A stretch of DNA of 63,996 nucleotides, filler included, from Malassezia furfur (taxonomy: Eukaryota): NCBI GenBank assembly GCA_052055015.1. It is 4 parts of 4 records of this genome, joined end to end, with 100 filler letters (N's around TTAATTAATTAA, not from the genome) between each part and the next. Parts side by side here need not be neighbours in the genome. Positions count along the whole stretch, not along the records: positions 1 to 17,441 come from JBQJIT010000224.1; positions 17,542 to 34,948 come from JBQJIT010000225.1; 2 more parts are not named here. One strand, 5' to 3'. The notes beneath the pieces are model-generated. The model saw nothing but the letters and a program-made list of their open reading frames with translations, had not been told where the DNA came from and did no database searches. Below are positions 12,101-24,850 of this stretch, piece by piece. Both the position numbers and the translations under genes were made by a program. Within the stretch, counting starts at the first letter, position 1. Each line of letters starts with the position of its first letter.

Positions 12101-13032
12101 CCTTCTCGCGTCGCCACATCCTCTCGGTGAAGCAGTTCAACCGCGAGGACCTCCACGCGCTGTTCACCGTGGCGCAGGAGATGCGCTTCCTGGTCGAGCG
12201 CTACGGCGTGCTCGACCTGCTGCGTGGGCGCGTGATGAGCACGCTGTTCTACGAGGAGTCGACGCGCACCTCGTCGTCGTTTGACGCGGCCATGAACCGC
12301 CTCGGCGGCCGTGTCGTCGCGATCAACACGTCGCGCTCGTCGGTCGCCAAGGGCGAGACGCTCGCCGACACGGTGCGCACGCTCGGGTGCTACAGCGACG
12401 TGGTGGTGCTGCGCCACCCCGCCGTCGGCTCCTCGCAGGAGGCCGCCAAGTTCTCGCCCGTGCCGATCATCAACGCGGGCGACGGCGTCGGCGAGCACCC
12501 GACGCAGGCGCTCCTCGACGTGTTCACCATCCGTGAGGAGCTCGGTACGGTCAACGGCCTGACCATCACGCTCGTCGGCGACCTCAAGAACGGACGCACG
12601 ACGCACTCGCTCGTGCGCCTGCTTGCGCAGTACGGCGTGACGCTCAACTTTGTCTCGCCGTCGTCGCTCGAGATGCCGCGCGAGGTGGTGCGCGAGCTCG
12701 CCAAGCAGCGCATCACCATGTTCGAGACGAGCAACCTCGACGACGTGATCGGCTCCACCGACGTGCTCTACGTGACGCGCATCCAGCGCGAGCGCTTCGC
12801 GAGCATGGACGAGTACGAAAAGGTCAAGGGCTGCTACGTGGTGAACAACGACGTGCTCGCGCGCGCCAAGGCCGACACCGTTGTCCTCCACCCGCTGCCC
12901 CGCGTCGACGAAATCGACCCGGAGGTCGACTTCGACACGAAGCGCGCCGCCTACTTCCGCCAGATGCGCTGCGGTCTGTTTGTGCGCATGGCGCTCCTCG
13001 CCATGGTGCTCCAGCCGAGCGACCGCACCTAA
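6169..13032 (+). CDS. URA2: Multifunctional pyrimidine biosynthesis protein: GATase + carbamoyl-phosphate synthetase + pseudo-dihydroorotase + aspartate transcarbamylase
   Basis: 2287-aa intron-less ORF with [41 protein letters not shown] and HPLPR. The DHOase-like segment lacks the HxH metal ligands. Confidence 0.98.
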   Translation: MTGEVPTAGARAALDGIAPSLRSALVDQVPSRAPSPALPATSNPIGDDAASTMVLELADGTEYQGISFGAEGKSISGECVFQTGMVGYVESLTDPSYEGQILVLTYPLIGNYGVPKRPTGETFPKLAAPFESSRIHVAGLVVAYYSHDFSHYLAASGLSDWLKENGVPAVYGIDTRALTKRIRTKGSMLARLLAPNGRMALPSADWRSRFQDVAWHDPNSENLVKRVSRPAPELYTPQDTAPAGLRTANAPTLTHASGRAIRILALDMGMKMNQVRCFTSRGVELKVVPFDYDFLAEPEPFDGLFVSNGPGDPTQCMVTVERLRMLLNRVDDPIPVFGICLGHQLLALAAGAQTSKMKYGNRGQNIPCTDQLSGRCYITSQNHGYAVDATSLPAGWKELFVNANDGSNEGIYCENFPYFSVQFHPESTAGPRDTEYLFDVFIRAVIDNAAVRAAGKVAPHAVAFPGGKLADHEAAHPRLHLRKVLVLGSGGLSIGQAGEFDYSGSQAIKALKEEGIYTILINPNIATIQTSSGLADKVYFLPVTPEFVLKVLRHERPDGIYCTFGGQTALNVGIKIKDELGPLGVRNLGTPIDTIIKTEDRDLFAKAMEEIGERCAPSASANNWDEALAASKTIGFPVIVRAAFALGGLGSGFAKNEDELRRLCHAAFANSPQVLVEKSMKGWKEVEYEVVRDCRDNCITVCNMENFDPLGVHTGDSIVIAPSQTLSDEDYNMLRTTAVNVIRHLGVVGECNIQYALNPHSREYCIIEVNARLSRSSALASKATGYPLAFVAAKLGLNIPLNELRNNVTRETSACFEPSLDYVVTKIPRWDLRKFERVSSKLGSSMKSVGEVMAIGRTFEESMQKAIRSIDPSYDGFGRNDMVTSDAEIQQELEFPTDKRIFAIGNALYRNYTVDQIHALSNIDRWFLRKLEGITIAAKALEASSAQPLERGLLRQVKQLGFSDRQISRHVASAELAVRQRRKELGITPFVKQIDTVAAEFPAQTNYLYMTYNAVESDVGFHDHGVMVLGSGVYRIGSSVEFDWCAVRAIRTLREKGYKTVMVNYNPETVSTDYDEADRLYFENISLETVMDIYEMEQSSGVIISMGGQTPNNIALPLHRQGVKVLGTSPEMIDMAENRYKFSRMLDKIGVDQPMWKELTSLEDAYATCARFGYPVLVRPSYVLSGAAMNVVYSPEDLSSYLSQAAAINREHPVVITKYLEGAKEIEMDAVAKDGKLIMHYVSEHVENAGVHSGDATLILPPQDLEPETVRRIELATSKIGASLNVTGPFNIQFIAKNNEIKVIECNVRAARSFPFVSKVTGVDAIELATCAMMDLPVEPYPAVELPHQYVGVKVPQFSFSRLAGADPILGVEMASTGEVACFGRNKYEAYLRAMLASGIKLPTNNVLLSVGSFSEKQELLPSVRTLHQLGFTLYGSSGTADFYTENGIPVIQLEALPEDDDFNSDENSGKASYSLLTHLTQGVSSLFISLPSKNKYRRPSSFMSMGYRARRLAIDRSIPLITNVKNAKLFVEALAVHRKLGSRFDIFPIDAKTSHLTYSFPGLVGVQAFVPSLGGEVRVDDMAAYTRAAALGGFTNLVLAPTGAQGTVHNEATLAAAEAALEGQCATDVSLTLLADPAYVESYAELAPRVRALFISFRAAQHAQNKQPATLAAYFEHWPEDKLIVTDAGAADLASVLLYASLHNRTVHITNVATSAELQLIALSKQKGLRVTCDVNVYALFFHTDMYPTATCLPSKEEQEALWAHLDKIDAFSLGDAPFLLAEEVGHAPPPFAGLEEAMRLLLNAANEQRLTLEAVLDKMSTKPREIFGLPEQADTSVSVEVDRAAPITKASAYWSPLETTALCGGVHRVLFRGTTIVLDGEYLHTDALLGANISALRAGKPLDPRADAPPSPTLALRSPGAKRAFGRTDSFRPITSIGGVAAASTGLSRDTELRELPPSMLSEVQPKTALQLYHPTFSRRHILSVKQFNREDLHALFTVAQEMRFLVERYGVLDLLRGRVMSTLFYEESTRTSSSFDAAMNRLGGRVVAINTSRSSVAKGETLADTVRTLGCYSDVVVLRHPAVGSSQEAAKFSPVPIINAGDGVGEHPTQALLDVFTIREELGTVNGLTITLVGDLKNGRTTHSLVRLLAQYGVTLNFVSPSSLEMPREVVRELAKQRITMFETSNLDDVIGSTDVLYVTRIQRERFASMDEYEKVKGCYVVNNDVLARAKADTVVLHPLPRVDEIDPEVDFDTKRAAYFRQMRCGLFVRMALLAMVLQPSDRT

Positions 13033-13089
13033 GCCATAGCATGTGTGTATCCAACGGGTTCGCGATTCCAAAAACAAGTCGCTGCGTGC

Positions 13090-14071
13090 CTACGTACGCG
13101 ATGCACGGTACTCTTGCTCGATGCTCGTCGCCTCCGACGACATATCCACATCGGCCTGCTCGAGCACACGCACAGCCGCACGGTGGTACTCGAGCTGCGC
13201 GCGCACAAACGCCGCAAGGCTCTTGGCCGGCTCGGGGTTGTCCAGCACCGTCTTCATCAGGCTGATCGCCTCCTCGGTCGCACTCACGAGCTTGTCCTCG
13301 GCAAGCTCGACGTCCGTGCTGTACACTTCGAGCTTGGAAGTCGCCGTGCCGCTCGCCTCCGCAGACTTGAGCGAGTTGCGCTTCGAGTCGAGGTGCAGGC
13401 GCGCCTCCTTGACCGCATGCCGCGCTCTGCGTTAGCCATACCACGTACTTGATCGCCAGCTGGATCTGCGCGCCAAACGCACTCCACACATTCACAAACG
13501 TCTGCACCACCACCTTGTCCTGCACGATCCGTGCGTTGCCAATCTCGTCCTGGCACACGGCAAACTTCTGCAGAAGTTCCCCAAGCCGGCCCTCGTTCGT
13601 CGGCACCGGGTCCGCACCCAACTGCGGGACAACCATGTGCGGGCTCTTGCCCAGGTCAATTGCCGCCGATGCCGCACTGCGCGACAGCGCGTGCGCCAGC
13701 GTACGAGGATCCGTCGAGGGCGCATTCGTCGGCTGCACGGAAGGCAGCGCCGTGTGCTTCGTCGCGCTCGCAGCCCACGACGACAGCGTGTGGCTCAGCG
13801 ACTGCGCACCATAGGTGACCGACTCGTGCAGGTGGCCGGGGTAGTCATATGCCTCGTATTCAAACGTGCGGGCCGTGCGCATCACCGCCTGCTGCGCGTT
13901 CTTGAGCGCATCCACACGCTGCTCCAGCTCGCGGTACTCGTTCGGCAGCTCGGTGATGTCGCTCACGTGGCCCAGTCGCTCACGCGCATGCTGGTTGAGC
14001 GTCCCGAAGCGCTCCGTAATCTTCTGGCCGAACGGCGCAACGCTCGACGTGATGTGCTTCCAGTGGTCCAT
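13090..14071 (-). CDS. GVP36: Gvp36-like BAR-domain protein; one 22-nt intron (13427-13448)
   Basis: ARERLGHVSDITELPNEYRELEQRVDALK, YDYP, PRTLAHALSR, VELAEDKLVSATEEAISLMKTVLDNPEP. Confidence 0.75.
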
Positions 14072-14505
14072 GCTGATGGGAAGGTAAGGTCCCGACCGAC
14101 CGGCCGAGTGCACGTGGCATGCGGAGACAATGGGCCGTGCGCTCTCAAGTCCGCGCGGGGCGCGGAGGACGCATCCTGCCCATTGCGTGCCCCACACGCA
14201 TTTAAGCGTAATACGTGCTTCTACACAGGGGCACGGCCATGTTGCGGAGCGCGTTCACACGCTCCCGACACGCTCAGCCTGCCTCCGTTCATACATGCGG
14301 TCGCACCGTCTCACGCACACCTCGCGCATCTGCATCAAAGAGCACATAGCTATCCTACTTCTCGCGTCTATCTTCTTTATACGAATGCTATCCTATGAGA
14401 GCCTCGTCTAAAGTTTCCACTTGACCGCACCGTTTCTCCGCTGGGCGACCGGCGCGCAACGCCTCGCGGCGCGGTGGAGGCGGCTCTTCGCCTCCACCTC
14501 GCGCG

Positions 14506-15625
14506 ATGCAATACGAGCCGGACGAAAAGGTGCTCTGTTTCCACGGCCCCTTAATATACCAGGCCAAAGTACGCTCGCTAGCCTACTTACCCAGATCCTT
14601 CTTGCCGAGGATTGGAAGGGCGACGACAACCAAAATGGAGCGGTTGGTCCGCACTTCCTCGTGCACTATCAGGGGTGGAAAAAGACGTGCGTCGGCGCGC
14701 AACTAACGCAGATGGGACGAATGGGTGCCTGAGACGCGCCTGCTGAAATACAATGAGGAGAACCTTGCGCGGCAAAAGGCGCTTGTAGAGGCACAGAAGG
14801 CCGAGGCGCAAGCCGCCGCGCAATCGACCGGACACGCGGACGGTGGTTCGCATGCGGCCGGCAAGCGTGACCAGCGCAAGGCGTCGGGCACGGCGAGTGG
14901 GAGCCGTGGTACGAAGCGCAGCCGTGAATCGACGGAACACGACGATTCTGAGCGGCGGCCGGAAATCAAACTGGTGCTTCCCGACTCGCTGAAGGTGCAG
15001 CTGGTGGACGACTGGGAGAACGTTACGCGGAAAGAGCAGCTCGTGCCGTTGCCACGCAAGCCCAACGTGCGCGAAATCCTGAAAGAGTACGGCGATGCGT
15101 ACCGTGCAGAACACAAGACGAAACCGGGCGAGTCGTCGGCGGTCCTGGACGAGGTGCTTTCTGGACTGAAACTGTACTTTGACAAGAGCCTGCCTCAGAA
15201 TCTACTGTACCGCTTTGAGCGCCCGCAGTACGTCGAGATGCGCAAGCTGCATGGTCCCAAGATGGGGGACGGCGACGTGGGCTCGTCGGGCACGTCGCGT
15301 TCCGATACCAAAGGGCGTGGCGCGCGGAAATCCTCGGCTGCGCCCGCTGCGGAGGATACGGTGCAGCCTGCGTCGCTTGAGATGGAAGCGAGTGAGATCT
15401 ACGGTGCCGAGCATCTGCTGCGTCTATTTGGTAGGTGGTGGGCTGCTGACACCAGTGAACCTGCCTGGGATTGTGGCGCACACGAGTATGGATGCCGAGT
15501 CGGTGGCGCTTCTGCGCGAGCACCTCACTGCGTTCCTCGCGTTCTTGGCGCGGGAGCAAAAGCGTCTGTTTGTCGATGCGTATGAGACGCCCAGCCTTGC
15601 GTACCAGCGGCAGGGCGCACTGTAG
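14506..15625 (+). CDS. EAF3: Eaf3/MRG15 chromo + MRG domain protein; 3 short introns
   Basis: VLCFHGPLIYQAK, HYQGWKKTWDEWVPE, LVDDWENVTR, LLYRFERPQY, IYGAEHLLRLFVNLP. Confidence 0.95.
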
Positions 15626-15717
15626 GTTTTCGCCGCGCGCAGCGCCCGTGCGCTCGGCCGAACTCCACACGGTTGAGGGTGCGCGGGCCGGCGCGTGGCT
15701 GCAGGTAGGCTTTGGAC

Positions 15718-17441
15718 ATGGCGCCCGCGATGAACGCACAGCCCGACATGAACCAGCCGCGGACGCCGGCGACCGACAGCCGCGCGCTGCAGAACCTCAT
15801 CAAGGCCGAGAAGGTCTACGTAGAGAACTTGTTCTCTGCAACGTCTGCGGCGATGTCGGCGGCGTCGTCTCTGCAGGCCTGGGGCATGTCCGAGACGCCC
15901 GACATGGAAAAAGCGACGCTTACCGTGACCAAGTGGCTTGAGGATGTGGCGTCTGCTCAGCGCACGCACGGACAGGCCATCGACCAGTTCCGTGAGGCGC
16001 TCAAGGATGTGCTCGACCGCGAGCAGAGCATCCGCACGATCCTCCGCGATCGCGAAATTCTCATCAGCCGCGTCATCAAGTCGAGCAAGCGCAAGCCGTC
16101 GCGCTGGGAGGTGATTAATGGCGACGAAGAGCACCAGGCGCGCATCTCCGAAGCACAGCAGGAACTGCACGCATGCGAGCAGCTGCTCGCGAACGAGAGC
16201 GCGCTGCTGGTCGGCGTCAAACGCCGCACCTTCAAGGAGGCGCTTGCGATGCGCGTCAAGACGATGGGCGACACGGGTGCGGTCATGATGGACAGCGCAC
16301 GCTCGATCCTGCTCTACCTCGACGAGTTTGACGCCAACGTGCCCGTCGCGCCCATGCCACCCGCGCCGCTCCCCGCCGAAGCCGCCGCCGAGGCGCACGA
16401 GGTGTACGGCACCCCCTCGGTGATTGACCACGGCACGGAGCACGAGCATAGTGTGCCCATGATGGTCAAGAACGACCCTCTGCCCGCGCCGCCGCCCGCC
16501 GAGCCGCACCGTGCCCCTACTGCACAGCTCGGCGCGCCGTACGTCGATGCGGTCGAGGCGCCCATGCCTGAAGTGCGCTCGCCGCCGCGCCTCTCCCGCT
16601 CGTTGAGCGCGCAGGCGTCGCACGAGGTGCGTGGCGCGTCTGCCGAGCGCGAGCCGGTGCGCCGCCCGCGCAAGTCGCGCAGCCGCGCGCCGAGTGATGC
16701 GTCGCACCGCAGCGGCTCGGCGATGTACCTCCCCCAGGTGCCCGGCGGCGTGCCGAGTGCGCCGCGCGTCAACGTCGAGCACATGCGCTCCGACTTCTTG
16801 GCGCCCACCGTGCCCGGCGGCGTGCCGACCGCGCCCGGCTCGGCGTTCCGCACGACGCATGCCAACGACGACTCGTCGTCCGACGAGGGCGGCCGCCGCC
16901 GCATGCGCGGAGCGTATGCGCCGTCGTCGACGGATACGTCGACCGTGCCGCCGCGCCGTGCGCACCGCCGCGCCGACTCGTCGGACGACGAGGCGCCGCA
17001 CCACCGCCGCAAGGGCAGTGGAAGCGGCGGTTTCTTCCAGCGCGTCTCGAGTCTGTTCCGCACCGAGGTCAAGGCGCACCCGTCGCCCGGCAAGCACGAA
17101 CGCCGCGCGAGCCGCAGCGAGGGCCTGTTTGCGCCGATTGGCGACTTGCCGCGCGCGACGCACGCGGCGCGCGACGACAGCAGCGACGAAGAGACGCCGC
17201 GCAATGTCGTGCGCCACGTCAACGAGCGCCCGGGCAGCAGCATGAGCTCGCGCAACCTGATGAGCCCGCAGCGCGGCATCCCGGGCATGCGCCGCTCGGC
17301 CTCGGCCATGGGCCGCAGCGTGCAGCCCGAGGAGGACGACGAGCTGATGGCGGCCGTGCGCCGCAGCGTAATTGGCGCCGGGATCCAAGGCACGACGACC
17401 AAGCCGCCGAGCCGCCCGTCGTCGCGCGCCTCGGCGACGGG
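15718..17441 (+). CDS. Pil1/Lsp1-like (eisosome BAR) N-terminal domain with long disordered tail; 3'-partial at gap
   Basis: DSRALQNLIKAEK...SLQAWGMSETPDM...FREALKDVLDREQSIRTILRDREIL coiled-coil pattern; truncated by the linker. Confidence 0.55.
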
Positions 17442-17541
17442 NNNNNNNNNNNNNNNNNNNNNNNNNNNNNNNNNNNNNNNNNNNNTTAATTAATTAANNN
17501 NNNNNNNNNNNNNNNNNNNNNNNNNNNNNNNNNNNNNNNNN
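17442..17541. other. Artificial contig linker (44 N + TTAATTAATTAA + 44 N)
   Basis: Six-frame stop linker, identical at three places in the window. Confidence 0.98.
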
Positions 17542-17595
17542 TCCTAATCCTAATCCTAATCCTAATCCTAATCCTAATCCTAATCCTAATCCTAA
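17542..17595 (-). repeat. Telomeric repeat (TCCTAA)9, i.e. TTAGGA on the G-rich strand
   Basis: Nine perfect hexamers at the very start of a contig, with the C-rich strand 5', as expected for a left chromosome end. Confidence 0.85.
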
Positions 17596-18134
17596 ATCCT
17601 GCCACCATGCCTTCGACAATCGCTCTCATTATCTTTGACTATTGTCCACTTCTGACTCACATTCTTTATTAGCAGACGCTTTCTCTTCCTAACAGAGTAG
17701 AAGCTTCAATTGTGGGTTCCCAGTATCACGTTAATTGTTCATCCATTCTTCTGCCCGCCCTCCGCAAACCTACCGAGGACGTTCTTGTACGACTTGTATG
17801 ATAATTAGGCCGAATTTGGCCCATTTGTCTGTGTGGAGGTTTCGACCCTCCACTTCTGTTTCACCAGGTTGTTTCCGACTTTGGCAACCATACTGACACA
17901 TTGGACTGCAACTTGCTATATTTTTCTCAGAAAGAGCATATACATTCACAAATAAGGAAGACATCTACATATTTTTCATACTGATATTATAAAAATGCAT
18001 CAGTGGTGGTGTACGATAAAATAGGCCACAGAGACGGAAAAAAGCTCGTCTCGGTTCGATAAAACTTCTCCAGGATCATCGTGTCCAAGGAACGTGCATA
18101 TTCCCGAAAGTCGGCACACGACCCATTCATTTGT

Positions 18135-21100
18135 TCACAAAAGTCCACGGAACCAGCGTCCAGGCTTGAAGTCGCGGCGATTATACGAGCCACTGGTCTC
18201 ACTAGCGCTCTTGTCCGAAGAGCTGGATTTCTTGTCTGAAGACTCGGAACCCTTCGAAGATTTGGATGCGTGACTTGTGGGTTTGGTACTCGAGTGCAAC
18301 GGCTTGGATGCGCGCTCAGTAGACTTCGTACTCGAGTGCGAATGAGACGAGTCAGTAGAGTGCTCGGTTGATTTGGAGCTCGAGTGCGCGTACGACGAGC
18401 TCGCCTTGTGCTTGGCGGACTTTGAGCTTGAATGAGAGTCAGAGTGTGAGCTCGACTTTGAGCTCGTCTGATAGCTCGAGTGCTCGGAGCCCCCGTGAGA
18501 GCTAGAGTGGTCGGAGCTTGTGTGAGACTTCGAGTCGGATTGCTTGTGAGATGAGTCGGAAGCACGCTCCGTCGGCTCCGAGCTTGAGTGCGGGTGCGAC
18601 GAGCTGGAAGCATGTTCCGTCGTCTTCGAGCTCGACGGAGTGTGTGAGGCACTTGAGGCGTGTTCATTCGACTTCGAGCTCGAATGCGATTCCGATTTCG
18701 AAGAGCTCAACACTTTGCTGGTCTGCTTGGGACTTGAATGCATGTCGGTGTGCTCGCCAGTATGATCATTGCTGTGCGAATCACTGGAAGCATGTTTCCT
18801 AGAGCCATCCGGCCAGTACCAGGTTGTGGCCCATTCCCAAGTGCTTGCTCCTTCACTGTGCTTACCTGGGTGCGGGTGCGACCCAGAAGGCGTGGGTTCC
18901 GGGTGATTAGGGCGCGACCACGTCGTTCCCCACTCCCAAGTGCTTGCGCCTTCACTGGGCCTGCCTGGGTGCGGATGCGACCGGGAAGGCGTAGGCTCGG
19001 GGTGGTCAGACCAAGTCCACGTCGTTCCCCACTCCCACGTACTCGCGCCTTCACTTGGCCAACCAGGATGCGAACGGGAGTGGGATGGAGCCGGTGACGG
19101 CTGATGTCCCCCACTGTTAGAGTTCGACGAAGTCACACCGCCTGTGTGGCTGCTCGGTCCATGGTCAGAACTGCTGCTGCTCGATCCCCAGATCCAACTA
19201 CTCCAACCTCCACCTGATTTCGTGGAACTCGAAGTGGGCTCAGGAGTTGTACCACTGCTGCTCGAGTGTAAAGATGGCGAGGCGCCGGACGAAGTGAAAG
19301 ATCCAGAGTTGGAAGATCCATGATCGGAGCTGCTCGAGCCGTGGCCGGTGCTAGACGAGCCTGGGGCGGAAGTGCTGCTCGAACCCGTTGGGATGGGGAC
19401 GATACCAGTCGAGTGCGACGCAGTCGAGCTGCTCGGGATAGTCGAAGAACCATGACTGTTCGATCCGTGACTGGAACTGCCTGATCCATGGCCAGTGCTG
19501 CTTGAAGGGTGGCCAGAACTGCTCGATCTGTGGCTGGTGCTGCTAGAGCCGTGTCCAGAGCTGCTCGACTCATGGGCAGAGCTGCTTGGCGCATGACCAG
19601 AGCTACTCGATCCATGACTGCTGGAACCATGGCCAGTGTTAGACGAGCCTGGGCCAGAAGTGCTGCTCGAACCCGTTGGGATTGGCACGATACCAGTCGA
19701 GTGCGAGGCAGTCGAGCTAGTGCCATGGCTGTTCGACCCGTGGCTGCTGGATCCATGAACAGAGCCGCTCGAGGCGTGACTAGAGCTGCAGGAACTGTGT
19801 CTGTTGCTGCTTGAGCCGTGGTCAGCACTGCTTGGGCCGTGAGTGCTCGAGCCGTGACCAGAGCTGCTTGGGGCATGGCTGCTGGAGCTGTGGCTGCTAG
19901 AGCCGTGACCAGAGCTGCTCGTGGCGTGGCCGGAGCTAGAAGAACCCGGCGCGCCGGTGCTCGATGATCCGGTGGGAATGGGGACGATGCCAGTCGAGTG
20001 AGAGGCTGTCGAACTGCTCGGGATGGTCGAAGAGCCGTGACTGTTTGATCCAGAGCCCGAGCTGCTAGGCACTGTCGAAGTCACTGAGCTGTCTGGAGCG
20101 GAGCTGCTGCTGCTGGATCCCCAGATCCAGCTGCTCCACCCTCCACCCGACTTCGACGAGCTCGAAGTGGGCACGGGCGCTGTGCCACTACCGCTCGAGT
20201 GCGAAGACGGTGAAGCTCCGGACGTGGTGGAAGAGCCGTGACCGGAGCTGCTCGGTACATGACTGGAGCTGTCGGGGCTGTGACCCGAGCTGCTAGAGCC
20301 GTGGCCACTAGAGCCGTGGCCACTAGAGCCGTGGCCGGAGCTGCTCGGTGCATGACTGGAGCTAGACGAGCCTGGAGCAGAAGCGCTGCCTGATCCCGTG
20401 GGGATAGGAACGATTCCCGTCGAATGGGAGGCCGACGAGCTGCTTGGTCCGTGGCTGCTGGAGCCGTGGCCAGAGCTGCTTGGGCCGTGACTGCCCGACT
20501 CCTGATCCGAACTGCTGGAACCGTGGCTGGCGCTACTCGTGGAGTGTCCAGAGCTGCTTTGGGCATGGCCGGAGCTGCTTGAGGCATGACTGCTTGAAGG
20601 CATGGCTGCTCGAAGCGTGACTGCTCGAAGCGTGGCTGCTTGAGGCATGGCTGCTCGAGGCATGGCTGCTTGAGGCATGACTGCTCGAGGCATGACTGCT
20701 CGAAGCATGGTTGCTGGATGCGTGACTGCTCGAGGTATTACTGCTCGAATCATGTCCAGAACTGCTTGGAGCGGGACCGGAGCTGCTGGAGCCATGGGGC
20801 GTGCTGGATGACCTGCTCGAGCTCGTCGGGATAGGAACAACGCCAGTCGAGTGAGAGGCAGTGGAGCCGCTCGGAACAGTGGAGCCGCTCGGAACAGTGG
20901 AAGAGTCGGAGCTTGGACGATGGCCTGAGCTGCTAGGAGCAGTCGACGATCCTGAGCTGCTTGGACCAGAAGACGATCCTGAGCTACTCGGTGCAGTCGA
21001 AGAGCCAGTGGTCCCTGAACTCGACTTCGAACTGCTTGGCGCAGTTGTCGAACCAGAGCTGATCGAGGCCGAAGAAGTCGTCACACCACCGGTGCTAGAG

Positions 21101-24100
21101 CTTCCGGACGCCGTGCTGCTCTTGGAACCCCAAATCCAGCTGCTCCATCCTCCGCTCGACTTGGAGCTCGAAGTGGGCGCGGGCGTCGTGCCACTGTTGC
21201 TTGAGTGCGAGGACGGAGAGGCGCCGGTCGAAGTGGAAGAGCCCGTGTTAGACGATCCATGGCCGGAGCTGCTAGACTTGTGGCCAGAACTGCTCGGAGC
21301 GTGGCCGCTGGAGCCATGGGTGCTGGAGCCGTGGGTGCTGGAACCATGTCCAGAGCTGCTCGGGGCGTGACTGCTAGAGGCGTGGCTGCTAGAACCATGG
21401 CCGGAGCTGCTTGGGGCCTGGCTGCTTGAACCGTGGCTGCTGGAACCGTGGCCCGAGCTACTCGGAGCGTGGCTGCTCGAGCCGTGTCCAGAGCTACTAG
21501 GGGCATGACTGCTGGAGCCGTGGCCGCTTGACTCGTGTCCAGAGCTGCTTGGAGTGTTTCCAGAGCTAGAAGAGCCCGGGGCAGAAGTGCTGCTCGAACC
21601 CGTGGGGATGGGGACGATACCAGTCGAGTGCGAGGCAGTCGAGCTGCTCGGGATCGTTGAAGAACTGGAGCTGACCGAGCCGGAATCGGAGCCGCTAGGA
21701 GCGGGCAAAGAGCCAGAGCTGCTTGGTGCGGAGCTGGAGCTGCTTGGGACCGTCGAAGAACTCGAGCTGTTCGGGACTGTCGAGACACCGGAATTGCTTG
21801 GGGCCGACGAGGAGCCCGAGTTGCTTGAGCCGGCCCCAGAGCTGCTAGAAGCGGATGCAGAAGAGCTGCTCGGGCCTTGGCTGCTCGTGTGACCACCAGT
21901 GTTAGACGAGATCGAGGCAGAAGAACTGCTCGAACCCGTCGGCACAGGGACAATGCCAGTCGATTGAGAAGCAGTTGAGCTGCTCGGGATGGCCGAAGAA
22001 CCAGTGCTGCTGGACCCGTGACCCGAGCTGCTCGGTTCGCTGCTCGGTTCGTGGCTGCTGGAGCCGTGGCCGGTGGTGCTTGAGCCATGACTGCTCGAAC
22101 CATGGCTACTCGAACCATGGCTGCTCGGGCCATGGCCGGAGCTGCTCGGAGCGTGGCTGCTCGAGCCATGGCTACTGGAGCCGTGGTTGCTCGGTCCATG
22201 GCTGCTGGACTGGTGACCGGAGCTGCTCGGAGCGTGGCTGCTGGAGCCATGGACGGTGGTGCTTGAGCCGTGGTTGCTGGAGCCATGACTACTCGATCCA
22301 TGGCTGCTCGGGCCATGGCCGGAGCTGCTCGGAGCGTGGGTGCTCGAGCCATGGCTGCTCGACTCGTGGCCGGAGCTGCTCGGAGCATGGCTGTTCGAGC
22401 CATGACCCGAGCTACTAGACCCGTGACCGGAGCTACTCGAGCCCGTGGGGATAGGAACAATACCGGTCGAGTGAGAGGCACCAGAACTGCTCGGAGCGTG
22501 GGTGCTCGAGCCATAGCTGCTCGAGCCGTGGCTGCTCGACTCGTGTCCGGAGCTGCTCGGAGCGTGGCTGCTCGAGCCATGACCAGAGCTGCTCGGCACC
22601 GTCGACGCGCCAGAGCTGCTTGGCACAGATCCGGAGCTGCTCGAATCAGTCGGGATCGGCACAATGCCGGTCGAGTGAGAGGCCGAAGATTCACCTGCAG
22701 TGGTCGAAGAGCCAGACTTGCTCGATCCAGAGCCCGAGCTACTCGGCGCAGTCGTTGATCCAGAGCTTCCCGAGCCCGAAGAAGTCGTCACACCACCGGT
22801 GCTAGAGCTTACAGGGGCCGAGCTGCTGCTGCTGGATCCCCAGATCCAGCTACTCCAACCTCCACCCGACTTGGAGGAGCTCGAAGTGGGCACGGACGTC
22901 GTGCCACTGCTGCTCGAGCCCGTGGGGATGGGGACAATACCGGTCGAGTGAGATGCACCGGAGCTGCTCGGAGCGTGAGTGCTGGAGCCGTGGCTGTTGG
23001 AGCTGTGACCGGAGCTGCTTGGCGCGTGAGTGCTGGAGCCATGGCTGCTCGACTCATGGCCAGAGCTGCTCGGAGCATGAGTGCTCGAGCCGTGGCTGCT
23101 CGAGTCGTGGCCGGAGCTGCTTGGGGCCTGACTGCTTGAGCCGTGGCTGCTTGAGCCGTGGCTGCTTGAGCCGTGGCCGGAGCTGCTCGGAGCATGGCTG
23201 CTCGAGCCATGGCCGGAGCTGCTCGATCCCGTGGGGATCGGAACAATACCGGTCGAGTGAGAGGCGCCAGAGCTGCTTGGGGCGTGGCTGCCCGAGCCAT
23301 GGCTGTTGGACTCGTGGCCGGAGCTGCTTGGGGCCTGACTGCTTGAGCCGTGGCTGCTCGACTCATGACCGGTGCTGCTCGGTGCATGACTGCTGGAGCC
23401 GTGGTTGCTGGATTCATGGCCGGAGCTGCTTGGAGCGTGACTGTTCGAGCCATGCCCCGAGCCGCTTGGCGCAGTCCCAGAGTTACTGGATGCAGGGGAA
23501 GTGCTAGAACTGCTCGAAATCGAGCCGGAGCTGCTAGAACCCGTCGGAATTGGCACAATGCCGGTCGAGTGAGAGGCCGAAGATCCGCCTGCCGTGGTCG
23601 AGGAACCAGCGTTGCTCGTACCAGGGCCGGAGCTGCTCGGTGCTGCTGACGATTTAGAGCTTCCTGAGCCCGATGAAGTCACACCCTTCGTGCTAGAGCT
23701 TCCAGGGGCCGAGCTACTCCTGCTGGACCCCCAGATCCAGCTGCTCCAACCTCCACTTGACTTGGACGAGCTCGAGGTGGGTACCGGCGCGGAACCACTG
23801 TGGCTCGCGTGCGAAGAGGGAAGCGTGCCGGATGTCGAGGACGAGCCCGTGTTGGAAGTACCATGGCTGCTGCTGCCCGATGCATTGCTGGAGCTGCCGG
23901 GGCCGTGACCAGACCTGCTCGAGTCAGGCCCAGCGCTACTGGAGTCGTGGCTGGAGCTGGACGAGCCAGGGGCAGACGTGCCGCCCGAACCCGTGGGAAT
24001 GGGTACGATGCCGGTCGAATGGGAGCCAATCGAGCTGCTGGCACCTTGACCGCTCGACCCATGTCCCGAGTTGCTCGACGCGTGGCCAGAGCTGCTGGCA

Positions 24101-24850
24101 CCATGACCAGAGCTACTCGGAGCGTGGGCCGAGTGGCTCGATTCATGAGCAGCGCTGCTGGAGCCGTGCTCTGGGTTGCTCGAGGTATGTCCCGAGCTGC
24201 TGGGACTGGGACCGGTCTTGGACGATCCGGGAGCGGAATGACTGCCCGAACTCGAGGGAATGGGAGCGGCGCCCGTCGACGAGCTGCTCGGAATAGCCGA
24301 GGATTTGATGCTGGCCGAGCCGGGCGCCGAGCTCTTGGAGGCAGTCGGGATGGGGATTGGGACGACCCCCGTCCCATGCGAGGACGAGGCTCCCGGCGAT
24401 GATCCAGTGTCGGAGGACGCTGCGGAGCTGGCGCCTTTTGTGTTGGAAGAGTGACCATGGTGACTTGATGCATGACCAGGCTCACCACTGCTTACCGTTC
24501 CATGAGAGGAGGAGCCGGCATGGTCCGTGGCGGAGCTGCTCGCCGCCGACTTGCTACGCGAGCCCCAAATCCAGCTGCTCCTCCACTGGTTTCCCGGTGA
24601 CTCGATGGAGCAGGGCTTGTAGCTCCCGTGGATGGGTGCAGCGACGGGGATGGCTTCGAAGAGGCATGCGGTCCAGTGCCCGAGGTGTTATGGCCTGTCC
24701 CAGCCGGTGCATGGGTTGAACTCGCGGCATGCTCTGAGCTGTGTCCACCATGGGCCGAGCCCGACTGGGTGTGATGTCCTCCCGTCGGGATGGGCACGAC
24801 GTGGGGACCACCCGCGGACGAGGATGCACTGGGCCCCGTGTTTTCCTTGA
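18135..24850 (-). repeat. Hierarchical coding repeat array (short SSSHG/APSSSGH units, ~15 (S/H)TG(I/V)VPIPT nodes, 6 GGWSSWIWG nodes, 3 SEGASTWEW(G/A)TTW units)
   Basis: Read directly from the minus-strand translations. Confidence 0.9.

Noticed and set aside
6625..13077. 2150-aa antisense ORF, and similar ones at 47623-50262, 61643-63916 and 15424-17388
   Set aside because: Shadow frames caused by extreme GC3 bias of the real genes (URA2, MGM1, DBP6); no recognisable motifs.
17486..17497. TTAATTAATTAA palindrome as a biological element
   Set aside because: Standard six-frame-stop assembly spacer embedded in Ns.
19180..23760. WSSW motifs as C-mannosylation (WxxW) sites
   Set aside because: DPY19-type C-mannosylation is not established in fungi.
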